Positions 49,973-61,964 of a stretch of DNA of 64,000 nucleotides are shown in pieces. Every line of letters starts with the position of its first letter. Positions within the stretch are counted from its first letter, which is position 1. The notes beneath the pieces were generated by a model that worked only from the letters and a program-made list of their open reading frames with translations, made no database searches and was not told where the DNA came from. The stretch lies in assembly GCA_010356995.1 (NCBI GenBank), contig ML996691.1, positions 874,174 to 938,173 of the forward strand, written 5' to 3'. A program made the position numbers and the translations under genes. Source of the DNA: Trichodelitschia bisporula (Eukaryota).

Positions 49973-52362
49973 CTACAAGTGGCGGAAGAAGTAAATGTAC
50001 GCAAACTTCTTCATTTCATCCACATCCGCCGCCTTAGCCACCTTCTCATCGTTGAACAGTACCCACGACGGCTGCTCCACGCCAGGCAGCTGCTTGCGGA
50101 TGAACGAGACGTAGTGCCTGAACATATTAGCAGCATCTTCATCAGATCACGAGAAACTCACCCAGCATGTATCGACGCGCCCTTGTGGCACACAATCGAC
50201 TGCAACTGGAACTCGGCCGGCAAGCCCGCATTCCCAGGCAAAGCCTTCTCCTTCACCTCGTCCCCAGCCTGACCGGTCTCTTCAACCTCGCCCGTCGCGT
50301 CCGGGTGGCTGAACACCCACTCAACCGCACGATCCAATTCGCCGTCCGTCTCGCGCAGCGCCTGGCGCGCAACCGGCTGCGAGAACCCCATATCGACCAG
50401 GGCCTGCAACTGGACCTCACAGACAGCATCGGACTTCCCCTTGGGACCGCCACCAAAATCCATCGGCGCATCGATATCAGGATCTTCCATGTGGGCAAAC
50501 AGCCACTCGGACGCAGCTTCGACGTCAGAGTTACCAGTGGCGTGTAGGGCCTTCTCAGCGCGCACCTGCGGGAAGCCCATGTCCATGAGCATGCCTAGGG
50601 CGCCGACATGGGGCGTGAAGGCGGGTGCGGGGGCAACGGCGTCCTCAGGCAGCTCCTCCTCATCGGGAAGCAGGCCGTGCGATTTGTACGCGTCGAGAGC
50701 AATCGGCTCATCATCAACCAGCACGGGCACGTCGCGCTTGTTGGGCACCCAGTTGACGAGCTCGAAGCGGCGGGCAGTGATGACGAGAATCTCGGGGAAG
50801 GTCTTGAAGAGCGTGCGCTTGTGGAAGCCGTCTTTACTGCCGCAAGCCGGGCACGTGAGTTCCACGACCTCGTCGGCCGTGAAGATGTCCAGGCACTCCT
50901 TGAGCGTCACGGGCTGGTACTCATCCTTGTCCTCCATGAAGCTGGCGGGCTTCTTGCGGATTGGGACGGGGAGCGTCATGCTCTCCTGCTCTTCGGTGCG
51001 GTAGCGTACTTTCTTGCAGCTCGTGCACTGTAGGCGCTGCTCCATGGCGAAGCGGAAGGAGGCGACGGGGTCATGGAGAGGCGCCGGGTGCGCAGAGCGC
51101 GTGATAAGCTTAAGGATGTGGAGTAGGAATTCCGAGGCATCTTGCTGCCGCATGGTCGCAAACTCCTCATGCCCGCGGCCGACGAGGTACTTAAACATGG
51201 CCGGCGCAAGCCCCTTCTGGTGCGGAATCTCTGGGGAGTACTCGGACGCCGTCACGTCGCTATCCGGCTTCGCGTAACGCCCTGACAGGACGCCATCGGC
51301 CAGCTTCCGCAGCTGGGTCTCCAGATCCTCAGCGGGGGCCGAGACGTGCGGCGGTGCTTCGTCGGGGTGGTAGTAGCGCTCCTGGAACTGGGGAAATGAG
51401 AAGATGGACTGTACGATGCTATTCAGATAGCAGCTATTGCCCAGATTCTTGAGCCCGGTGAAGCCAGCCCCAAACAGTGGAAGCAGCTCTTTGCCGTCCT
51501 CGGTGGTCATGGAAAACTCCCAGCGTAGGTTTTGCTCAATTTGCATCTCCGTCAAGTTCTTCTCCGTCTTCTGACGTTCCGCGATGTCGACGCCCCAGTG
51601 CGCGAGATGGGCCTTGAGATCCTCGTCGACGCGTTCCTCGTTACAGGCGTAGCAGTAGATATCGGCCTCGCCGTCCGCCGTCAGCGAACCCAACTTGACC
51701 GCCACGCCATGTCCGCTGGACTCGAAGTGTGAAAGCGCGTGCGAGTTACCTCCCAGGCCACCGTACTGCTGCCGACCGCAGCCCAAATTGCCACACGAAA
51801 GACACAGCCACAAGTTCTCCTTGAGATCGCATTGCGAGCAGTGACCCAAGGCTCCGGAGTCGATAGCCCGAGACTCAGCCTGCTGCAGCATCAAGATGTG
51901 CTCACAGCTCGTCAGCTCCAACTGCCAGGCCTTGACCTCCTCCTGCTGCGCAAACGTATTCGCCTTCAGCACCGCCGCGATCACAGGACCTAGCCGCCCT
52001 GCATTCTGATCTACATCTGCGACCTCACACTTGTAGCACTTGACGCTCGTGACCGTCTCATACCGATCAGACTCCGTCTCCGCGGCGATGGACAGCTTGG
52101 ACATTTTCTGCGGCGGCTCATCGCGGCTGACGGGCTTGCGTGTGCGGCGGATGTTCAGTGCGAGCGGGTGCCCCGTGTGCTCGACGTGCAGGCGGGCATG
52201 GTTGCGGTCGCCGGCGCAGCCGCCGTTGAAGCAGTAGAGGCAGACGTCGAGGCCGGCAGGGTCGTCGATGCTGTCGAAGCACTGCGTGCAGTCCTCGCGG
52301 TAGACGGCCTTCTTGGGGTGTGGCGGGGCGAGGTCGATATCGTTGACATGCGAGCAAGCCAT
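49973..52362 (-). CDS. UBP14: Ubiquitin C-terminal hydrolase 14 (USP5/isopeptidase T type; ZnF-UBP, two UBA domains); one 3' intron
   Basis: REDCTQCFD, NLWLCLSCGNLGCGR, GLKNLGNSCYLNS (Cys box), MGF UBA motifs, VCHKGASIHAG|HYV (His box), WVLFNDEKV. Confidence 0.96.
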
Positions 52363-52946
52363 AGTGGGCAGGGTTGGGAGATTACCAGCGGGGAAGCTCT
52401 ACGGGGCAGAGGTGCGGATGGGACGAGCGTGTGGGTTTGTTGGAGTGTAGAGTGTGAAGTGTGGAAGCCTGAAGGTGAGGTTGAGCTTGGGGATGCAGAA
52501 GTGTGCCTTGCAGCAAACAACCTGGCGGCGTCATCGGGTTCCGGGGGAGGAGGAGGGGAGGAGGGGTTGAGAAGGCAACCGCTTGGCATGCACGGCTGAA
52601 GCAACAACACCGGTGAAGCTCCATCTACAGCTTCCTATTGACGCAGCTGATAGCCGATCTGCTTTCTGAAACAGTCATCGAGAAGGGATATGCTCTATTC
52701 AGAAATAAACTATTCGATCGACTAATGGTAGCGAAAGATGAACGACTACACATCTCCGTCCCTAAAGCGGTAACGAAACATCACCACCCGGACCAGGGTG
52801 CAAATTCCTCCCCCACCCCTAACCCCACCTTCATCTCGTCTTATCCCAAACCACCACCACCATCACCACGTTCGCAACCACCACCAGCACTCCCCTCGCC
52901 CTCTCCAACCTCTCTTCTCTCCCCCGTCGGGAGCCCTACCCCGAAA

Positions 52947-53872
52947 ATGCTCTACTTCATCGGCCTCGGCCTCGCCGACGAAAAAGACATCTCCGTCAAA
53001 GCCCTCGAAATCGTGAAGCGCGCCGAGCGCGTCTACCTCGAAGCGTACACAGCAATCCTGCTCGTCGACCAGGAGCGCCTGGTGCGTCCCCGTCACATTC
53101 AATCCCCACGAGAAGACAGATCCCTGACCCTCCGCGTTTCCAGTAGGAGTCCTTCTACGGCCGCTCCATAATCCTCGCCGACAGAGAAATGGTAGAATCC
53201 TCCTCCCACACCATCCTCTCCGGCGCCACCGACTCCGACATAGCCTTCCTCGTAGTCGGCGACCCCTTCGGCGCAACAACCCACACAGACTTACAGCTCC
53301 GCTGCCGCGAAGAAGGCGTCCCAACCCGCACCCTCCCCAACGCCTCCATCCTCACCGGGATCGGCGTCACAGGCCTCAGCCTGTACAACTTTGGCGCCAC
53401 GCTCAGCATGGTCTTCTTCACCGAGTCCTGGCGGCCCGCAAGTTTTTACCCTAAACTCGCCGCCAATGCGGGACTGGGCTTGCACACACTCGTCCTGCTG
53501 GACATCAAGGTCAAAGAGCCGGATTTGGATTTGATGGCCCGGACGGGGCGTACCGTGTACCTCCCGCCGCGGTATATGACGGTGGCCGAGTGCGCGGCGC
53601 AGATGGTGGAGGTGGAGGAGAAGGAGGGGCAGGGCGTGTGTGGACCCGATGTGCTGGCCGTGGGCGTGGCGCGGGTAGGGAGCGACGAGTGCAAGATCGT
53701 AGCCGGGACGCTGGGCGAGCTATGTGAGCAAGATCTCGGGCCGCCGCTGCATAGCCTCGTGGTTGTGGGGAAGAGGGGACATGATATCGAGCGCGAGTTT
53801 TTGAGGGAGTATGCTGTTGATCCCGAGCGCTTTGATCGCATTTGGAAGGAGGGGTATGGGCAGCAGGGTTAG
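52947..53872 (+). CDS. DPH5: Diphthine methyl ester synthase; intron 53082-53146
   Basis: [64 protein letters not shown]. Confidence 0.97.
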
Positions 53873-54370
53873 GCAATTCAATTGAATGAGAAGGCTGTGC
53901 AAGCGGGGCAAGGCCGAGTTGAATTGATCTCGAGATAAAGCCGTAGCTACAAGCTCCACCTAGTCGGTCACCGCGGTGCCATACCAATAAACTTACGCCC
54001 CCATCCACGGGTAAGGTGTAAAAAGCCCCCAGCCGGAGGTACCCGAATCTACCGATTAGACAAAAACACCCAGTTGCGCATGGGCAAAGAAACACGCTGA
54101 GGGAAAAGAGGGGGTATCAGTCAAGGACAGAAAAGGGTTGTCCCGGTAAACGCAAGCGCCAGCCCAAATCATGGAAAGCCATACCATACCGTAACCCATC
54201 ATCTCCAAGCCGTTTTCCGGCGTCCGCACTCCACATTCGCTATCCAACAGCGCAGCGCCGCCAAAATGCATCCTCACAACACCATACCAAAATAAATATC
54301 GATGCCAACAGTCAAATCAAAATCCAAAAGGCACTCACATCACCACCCACCATCATACATACCTTACCCC

Positions 54371-57300
54371 CTAATTCACCCTCTCATGCTTCGACACTCT
54401 CCCCTCCCCCGGTGGACTATCATCAGTCCGACTCCTCTTCAAACTTGGCACCCTCCCCACCCCCATACTCTCATCCCCATCACCAAGCATCTCCGCCCGC
54501 TCTTCTAGCGAAATCGGGCTCCCATACCCACTCCCTCCTCCGGCGGTAGCAGCACTACTGCCTGTGGGAATCTCCCCCGGTAACCCGTTAGTCAAGTTAC
54601 TCTCAACGCGCTCGTCATCGCCGTCGAGGCCGAGCGGCGAGCGCGCCATAGGGAAAGGAAGAAATTCACTTTCCATGGCCGCAGCCTCGTCCGCCTCCTC
54701 CGAGTCTGAGCCCGATGAGTCCGATGACCACGTCCCCTGAAACACTCGCTGCGGTGCCCATTTCCCGCGTGCCGGTTCCGCATGCGCAGTGTGTGCCGCA
54801 TCGTCTGACGGGCTGCCGTCGTCCCCGCTGCTGGTGTCGCAGTCTTCTGTCGAGAGCGAGTCGTCATCATCGTCTTCCTCCGGGGAGCTGAACTGGTAAA
54901 ACGAGGCTGGAGGCAGCTCCGACGCGGGCAGGTCACGCTTGCGCGCAGAAACAATCTCCGCCCTGAACGTCCGGGCGTGCCGCGATGGATCCCGCGCCGC
55001 TGTGTCGACCGCCTTCTTGCTGGCCAAGACGTTGCGGATGCCTTGGGAATACGGACGCGCGCGCTCGACAGCCGCGGCCGACGGTGTGGCGACCGGACCA
55101 TCGATTACCTCGCGCTTGCTGCGCACATTGATCGAGAAGTTGTCATCCGGATGCACGCCACCCAGGCCCGAGGCCTCAAACTCCATCGGCACGGGGCTGT
55201 CGTCCGATGATCCGTCGCGGGAGAGCTGCTTGGTCAGGCTCTCGACCTCGAGATCGCTGGTGCTGGTGCTCGGTGCGTCGCCATCCACGTCCATAGCGTC
55301 AGTGGCCAGGGCGTCGCGACATGACAGCGGACCCTTTGCGTCGCTACCGGGCTGGCGGTTCGGCTGTGGAGCCAGGCCCAGCGGTGCGGTCTGCAGGCGC
55401 AGGTAGCTGGCCGGGTAGGCAGGTTCGCCCCCGCGCGCCGGGTTGCCGCTGAGATCGGTGATGAAGCTGGCCTGGTTGTAGAAGATGAGCGGGCCTTCAA
55501 CGGTAAGGCGCTTGCGCGGCGAGCCTGTGCGGCGCGAGCTAGTGAAGCCGGGCGAGTACGCGGCGCCGTAGCCGGGATCAGGGGCACGCGGGCTCGACCA
55601 ATCCGACATGCTGTCGTCCGAGGCGTCGTGGTAGCCGTGCGATTCGTCGAGGCGGTGCGAGAAGAGGGGAACATAGTCGAGCTTTTGGCCTCTGTGGTGA
55701 TGCGGTTGCTCGTCCATGGTCGTCGGTCGGCCGCTCTGCTCCGATCTGGCTAAAGTATCATTTGAGCTGTCAGTGTTTGTCATGCCCAGTTCGCTCCTCC
55801 TCTTCCCCTTGCCGTGGCCATGGACGCCGCTGCCCGCGGCATGTAGAGAGTCAGGGCTGTCTTCCCCGTCGCCAGGCGAGCCATTGCTGCTAGTGCGTGT
55901 GACGTTCTTTCCGCCCCTCCATCTCACCTTGCGGCCGTCGTGCGAGAGTTCCAGCTTGCGGCTGTGCTCTGAAATCGCTTTCTTCACAAAGTCAGGAGCT
56001 ACGCTGATGGTATGAAGCTGCGCCATGTTGGTGAGCACATTCAGGTAGATCCAGCCGTGGCCGTCGGCCTGGGGAAGCATGGTATCGGCATCAGGGGGCG
56101 AAAAGCCCAGGTGACGAATATACTTGATGTTTTCAGCAGGAACCTGTGCCCGATACGGATCCAGGTCAAGGGGCCGCGTGGGCCGCTGCTCTACAGACCC
56201 ATCTTCACCCCCCTGTCCCACGGGGACAGCCTCTGCGGCTTCCGCCGCCTGCTGCTGGTTCTCCGGAGATGACGACTGAGACGGCGCTGGAGATTCCTCG
56301 CCAGTTGTGGGGGCTTCAAGTGCGTCGCGCTCGGCGCCCTGCATGATGCGTGCCTCGCGAGCCCCTTCCTCGAGAGCGAGCTGGCCACTGGCCTCGATAG
56401 CGCGCCGGTCAGCCAATGCGGCGGAGTCGGAAACCTCCTGCTGCTGTTGTGGCTGCTGATGACCGCCAAGCGTCGACGCTTTGCCAGCGAACAGCTGCTC
56501 CAGTCGGCGTACGACCAGCTTGCGCTTCGCCTTCTCCGACATGGCTGCCGGGTTCTTGAGGAGCAGACCACGGGGGATGTCGTGGAGGTACGAGTGGATG
56601 GTCTGTTGCTGCTGCTGGTGCTGCGCGGCGGCCGACCCTTTTGACTGTTGCTTTTTGTGGCTCCCCAGGCCTGACGGAGCCGTCGAAATAGAGGTCTGAC
56701 CTCCCGAAAGTGAGGCGTACGCCGAGTCTCCAAATTTTGCCGAAGTTTTTGCCGAAGTGAAGGAGGAGTTCGTCAGGTGCGGTTTCAGCATGGAACGATA
56801 GCGATCCGATCCGTTTCCCGACCCCTTCACCGAGCCATTTCCCGATGGATAACCAGGCGGCGTCGTCTCCTCGAGGTTTTGCGCAAACTTCGTCAGCGTC
56901 TCTTCCAGCTCCCGTCTCTTTTCCGGTGGCAATCCATGAAAACGAATCTCAAACAGCTTGTCTTGCTGGTGGTGTGAATCGTGCAGTTTCTCGTACTTTT
57001 TCAGCCTCCGCTTCAACTTTTTGTTTTGAATCGTCAAATCATCAATCACGCTTCGAAAGTCCTCCGAGCTGCTCCCTCCCGTCTCTGTATGGTTCATCAT
57101 AGCTCCACGGTATGGTAATGCAGACGACCCGGGTAGGACGTGTGCCGGACGTCCCTCATTCATCTCGGGCGACGCTTCGGACGACGATGAATTGCGCAGA
57201 AAGAATGGTGGCTCATCTACGCTATGCGTTAGCGGATGCGACGGCGACCAGGGTTGCTGATGTGGGCGCCTACTGTCCATCAATGCGGCCTGGCCGGGCT

Positions 57301-57604
57301 GAACATTGTTGTTGGACTTTTCAAACCACTTCTCCGCATTGCTGCTCTCGCCGGAGCTGGTGTACTTTTGAGGTGGTGGCCGAAACTCGATATTCGGCTC
57401 TTCGTTGACATGTAAGGTGGTGGGGGTCGGCTTGGGGCCGTGGCCGTGGCCGTGTCGCTGGCGACGCGGGTGTAATTGTGACGATGGGATCGCGTCCTTT
57501 GGCGTGTGGAGAAGCGAGACGGACTTGTGGGCTGGTGGTCGGCGCGGATGCTGTTCAATGAACCGCCTGGGGTCACCTGGCGGGGGTGGCGACTGCCCCT
57601 CCAT
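54371..57604 (-). CDS. frq: Circadian clock protein FREQUENCY; probable intron 57273-57217
   Basis: Coiled coil DFRSVIDDLTIQNKKLKRRLKKY, DKLFEIRFHGLPPEKRRELEETL, DSAYAS, KRKLVVRRLEQLF (FCD1-like), QRPTRPLDLDP.RAQVP.EN..YIRHLG, GWIYLNVLTNMAQLH (FCD2-like), DGRKVRWRGG, EASGLGGVHPDDNF (FFD region), SS.ATAGG.SGY. Confidence 0.96.
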   Translation of the reverse strand: MEGQSPPPPGDPRRFIEQHPRRPPAHKSVSLLHTPKDAIPSSQLHPRRQRHGHGHGPKPTPTTLHVNEEPNIEFRPPPQKYTSSGESSNAEKWFEKSNNNVQPGQAALMDSRRPHQQPWSPSHPLTHSVDEPPFFLRNSSSSEASPEMNEGRPAHVLPGSSALPYRGAMMNHTETGGSSSEDFRSVIDDLTIQNKKLKRRLKKYEKLHDSHHQQDKLFEIRFHGLPPEKRRELEETLTKFAQNLEETTPPGYPSGNGSVKGSGNGSDRYRSMLKPHLTNSSFTSAKTSAKFGDSAYASLSGGQTSISTAPSGLGSHKKQQSKGSAAAQHQQQQQTIHSYLHDIPRGLLLKNPAAMSEKAKRKLVVRRLEQLFAGKASTLGGHQQPQQQQEVSDSAALADRRAIEASGQLALEEGAREARIMQGAERDALEAPTTGEESPAPSQSSSPENQQQAAEAAEAVPVGQGGEDGSVEQRPTRPLDLDPYRAQVPAENIKYIRHLGFSPPDADTMLPQADGHGWIYLNVLTNMAQLHTISVAPDFVKKAISEHSRKLELSHDGRKVRWRGGKNVTRTSSNGSPGDGEDSPDSLHAAGSGVHGHGKGKRRSELGMTNTDSSNDTLARSEQSGRPTTMDEQPHHHRGQKLDYVPLFSHRLDESHGYHDASDDSMSDWSSPRAPDPGYGAAYSPGFTSSRRTGSPRKRLTVEGPLIFYNQASFITDLSGNPARGGEPAYPASYLRLQTAPLGLAPQPNRQPGSDAKGPLSCRDALATDAMDVDGDAPSTSTSDLEVESLTKQLSRDGSSDDSPVPMEFEASGLGGVHPDDNFSINVRSKREVIDGPVATPSAAAVERARPYSQGIRNVLASKKAVDTAARDPSRHARTFRAEIVSARKRDLPASELPPASFYQFSSPEEDDDDDSLSTEDCDTSSGDDGSPSDDAAHTAHAEPARGKWAPQRVFQGTWSSDSSGSDSEEADEAAAMESEFLPFPMARSPLGLDGDDERVESNLTNGLPGEIPTGSSAATAGGGSGYGSPISLEERAEMLGDGDESMGVGRVPSLKRSRTDDSPPGEGRVSKHERVN

Positions 57605-58278
57605 GGTTGGTAGTTGTTGTGGCTTTGCTTGAACAATCACTACGTCGTAGTATGTCTCCGGTTTAGAGTGTGAGTGTTGAGTGAATAGATATCAAGTAAA
57701 ATCAGTACATGCGATTGTTCAATTGCTAACACAGTGGACGATGAGGACGAAAGGTTCGAGGGATAGCGGAAGGGGTAATGGCGGTAACAGGTGAGCACGG
57801 TGGCAGTCATCGCCTCGAATGATACGGTAGTTCGGTGGCGGCTCTTGGTTACAGAGGCATCGGAGATCGAGATTGAGGTGTGGATGATCTTGGGATATGT
57901 GGATAGCCTACCCTGCAAGACTAGGAGGGGAATGGGACATGCGGCGGACGTAGAGTACTGTTTGGTAGGAATGGCAGTAGGGGCAACAAGGGACGAAAGG
58001 GAGCTGTTAGCTTGAGGGGAGAAGGAGTAGGACGAGGGGGAGTGTTGTTTAGAGGCGCTGATGATGTACTTGGTGTACTCGTATATGAGATACACATGAC
58101 GAAGAGGAGAAGAGGAAGAAGAGGAAGAAGAAGAGAAAGAGTAGGACGAGCAAAAAAAGACCGTGTGGATGGGTCCAGGTGGGGGGGGGGGAAGGGGTGG
58201 TTGGCTGGGAGTGGGAGGTGGTGCTTTGGCGATGGAAAGTTATTACTCGATGGCCACAATACTGGGGGGTGTTGAAGC

Positions 58279-58310
58279 TGGGGATCGATGCGGCGGCGCA
58301 ACCTCGATTT
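58279..58310 (-). promoter_or_regulatory. Candidate White Collar complex light-response element upstream of frq
   Basis: Minus strand AAATCGAGGTTGCGCCGCCGCATCGATCCCC contains the GATCGA core (58283-58288). It lies just upstream of a pyrimidine-rich tract (58100-58141) that may mark the TSS. Confidence 0.4.
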
Positions 58311-60452
58311 GCGTTTTGGGGCTAGAAGTGGCAGACAATTGACGCGCGCCGGGGTGGCGGATAGTGAAGAGACAGGGCATTTTATGCTGCATCAGAGCCA
58401 AGAATGGCCACTCGTCCTTAAGGGAACCGGACTCAGGACCGGAGGGAGCTTGTCATGCTTTGAACTTCGGCATCCTTCGACATTTTGAGGCTTCTTCTGT
58501 TTGATGCCGACGTCCTGTGCTCTACGGAGGTATTTCTGCAGAAACGGGCGAAGAACTGGGAGCTGTATACCGTCCATCTCCGCTCCACTCCCACGCTTTC
58601 TCCCGCTTCCACACCCGCTCCACTCCCGCTCTCACTCTCTCCAATGGCGAGATGAGGCACAGTAAGAGACACGGAAAGAGAGAAGATCATGAGAGAAAAG
58701 AGATGTCGGTTCGGCGATGGAAGTTCGGTAGAATCAACAGCAAGGCCCGATAGAGTAGGCGAAAGCGTGGATCGTTGGACCCATGGGCCAGGATAACGGC
58801 GTGCGCTGCCGACCTTTGACCAATCCCTTACTTGTGCAGCATTGTGCGCTCTCTAGAACGTTGTTAGCTGGCGATAAACCACAATGCATCGAGATTCCAG
58901 ACTTATGCAGGACCCTAGCCGATTCTCGCCCCTCTCCACCAACCATGACGATCAAATGTACCCCTATGCAAGGAATGGAAGTTATGTAGGCCACGCGATA
59001 CCGCTTCAAGCCTCGCGCCTTTCCCTGACGATGCACAACTCCGACCCGTCCCCATGCGCTCACGCAAGCCACGCCACCCCCGGCATGCCGAGGACAACGG
59101 GTAAAGAACCTCCTGCCACCCTCCCACATCGCCGATACACTCCCAACTCCACGATGCTCAGAGCTTTTTCGATGCGAGAAGTCGTTTCTCCTTCCCATGC
59201 TCCCCTTGAACACGTACGCCGCCCACACTCAAACAAAGCCTTTCTCTCAGCGATCTCCACTAGACCCGAAACGTCCACCAGAAGTGGCGGTGCACCCCGC
59301 CCGCCGGCCCACCACCGCGCCTGTCATCCACCCTCCTTGCGCCTTCTTCACCATCGTCGATCTGCACGTTCAAAAGCCTAGATTACCGGGCGCCCATCAG
59401 CAACGCCCACCAGCGGCAGCAGCCAAATTACCCTGCGGCCGTCACACCCGTACGGATTAGAATAGCCCAAAAACTCCCCGCCCGCGCTTCACACTCTCCT
59501 CGTCTACCCGCAAAAACTCTAAAGGAAGCGGTCGCGCAGCGCTCAGAAAGGACACGCGGACATCCGCGGAAACCCCACACACTCTCCCCTTCCTTCCACC
59601 ATCTTCCTCTTCCTTCCATCCTCCTCTACCTATCATGTCGAGCTGTCTCACTAACGCTCCCCTCGTCCACCAGGCCTCCCGCGTGTCCCAAAACTCGCCC
59701 TCTCGTAGCAGAGGGCTAGTCCCGCCCCGCGCATAGCCACGACCTCAGATCGGCGATCGCGTCTCTTCGCCCACTCAACCTGCCACCCGCACGCCGACGG
59801 CCCGTGGACCCTTTTTCTCACAACCGCTCCCTACCGCCGCTGATGGGCGCACTAGTGACGCTGCCGGGTTGGCGTCCGCTCAGCGCGCAACAGCGCAGGG
59901 AGAGGCATACCGATCCGCACACACACACGCAACGCTCCGGAGGCGAGAGCGGTCTCTACGAGCGGGGTGCACTCCGGTCGCTGGGGTTGCGAAACAAATG
60001 CTGGACCCCTGTACGCATGCGCGGAGTTGCAGCGCTGCTATTCTCCCCGTCCATCGTCTTTCGCGGCCTTCATCGCCAGAATCCGAGGTCCCCCCTTCTC
60101 CGTCCTTTGATCCTGGATTTTCGCCGCTGGCCCCGTGGCCGTCGCGGACCCGTAATTTGCGCGCCTGGTGCGTGGGGTGCTAGCCGAGCGTGCGAGTGAG
60201 CGAGCCAGACGGGCGTGACGTTGGTTTACATCGCCGATGCACTGCTGTGGGTACGGAGCGTCGCTCCGGCCCCCACCGTCAACGCTGCAGAAGGAAAGCA
60301 AAAAGCGGTGCTCGTACGATGGTCACCCGTATTTGCCTGGCGCTAGTCCGGTCCATGAAGCTGGTTGCCCCGAGTCTACCCGCTACTGGGCTACTTTGAC
60401 GCGAAGGATGGGAAGTAAGCGCGCAGCATGTACTACGTAGTACGGTGAAGGA

Positions 60453-60497
60453 TCGGGTCTGCGATGCTTGCGTCGGGTCTGCGATGCTTGCGTCGGG
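60453..60497. repeat. Exact 20-bp tandem duplication (TCGGGTCTGCGATGCTTGCG x2.25)
   Basis: Read directly from the sequence. Confidence 0.9.
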
Positions 60498-61964
60498 CGG
60501 CGTGGTATGGTGGGGTTGTAACCGCGATTGGTAGAGCTGGTACGGCGATTGGTGCAGCTGATGCCGTATTTCTGCCCGGTGGAGATGCAAGCCGGGCCGG
60601 GTGGGTCGGCTGGATACCGGGCAGCTACATGCAGAGACCTTACCGTACGGTACATAGAGATTTGCCGAGATACGCACGTCGATAGTCTACCTTCGTGCTT
60701 GGTTGCAGAAGTTGCACGCTGCATCCGACAACCCTGAATTCTAGAAAAAGATCTTGCATCGAGGCATGAAGCCGAAGACCCTTTTCTACCTCGATCGTGA
60801 GGTACTGCGTATAACCACGGAGCGCGGTCCGGCTCAAAGTCTTGCGGCACCCGCTCCGGCGCTCCCGGATTGGATGCAACCGGCACATTTTTCACCTAAA
60901 CCGAACCTCACCCCAATCCCCTGTCTCTGAAAGCCGCAAAGTAGAATAAAAAAGCACGCCGTTCCATGCACTTCTTGCACAAAACGCACAAGTACCTACC
61001 TACCCACCTCTCGCCAACAGTCTCCCCACCCGGCTATCGCCCGGTCTGGCCAATTGTGTGCGCTAGGGTCCTGCATGTCGTCACTGCGCGTTGATGGCGG
61101 CCCGCGGCTCGTGACGGGTGACGTCAAGGTGCAGGGATAGCGGGCGGGACACTGCAGAGCGCCGAGGTGTCAATCCCGTGGGTGGATCGTGGAGTTGTGG
61201 GTTGGGATCAGGAGGGAGATACGGTGTGGATGTTAGGTAGAGTATCTGCCACGGTGGGTGTACCGCGCAGTTTGGAAATATGAGAAACCGCGCGCTGTGA
61301 AGAACGACGGCAGGCACCCGATAGCCCACGATGTGCCGCGCCCCGGTTCGGGGTCCAAATCCCATTCCACAGCCGCGCCCGCAGCCGCCGTCCGCGCTGT
61401 ATACAACCAGCCCTTCTCGACACCTTCCCTCCGCGATTATAACATTCTTTCCAGCGCAATTCGGACACACAGCCCGCAACCGCGGCCTACCTCCCCGCCT
61501 CCGCGCACCCCTCATCCAACCTCGCTACCAGCCAAACCTCCACCCCCAGCTAGCAGCACTCGCATCACTGCAGTACCTGCGCTCGACAATCCCATCTACG
61601 GTAAAGCCCCCAAGCGAACAACCCCACACGCGAGCGCCCTGCGGCCACGCATGCGCGGGGCGCCGGTGATCGCCACCGCGCGAGGGAGCGGCGATCCGGC
61701 GCTTTCCGAGACCCTGCGGCGGGAAGGGGGGGCGGGGCTTGGAGCCGCACAGGTGATGGGTTTTGTGCAGTGCATGATAATAGTGAAGGCTGTGTTGGTT
61801 TTGATACGGAGGGTTGATGGCGGGGAGTTGGGGCTGCGCTCCGGAGAGGGGGACGGTAAGTGCGTCTGGAGGAAAAAGATTGGGATTAGATGCGGCCCTA
61901 CGGATGTAGAGGAGAGGAGAGCGGGAGCGGGATAGGAAATTGGTGCCTCATCGGGCAAAAGAAG

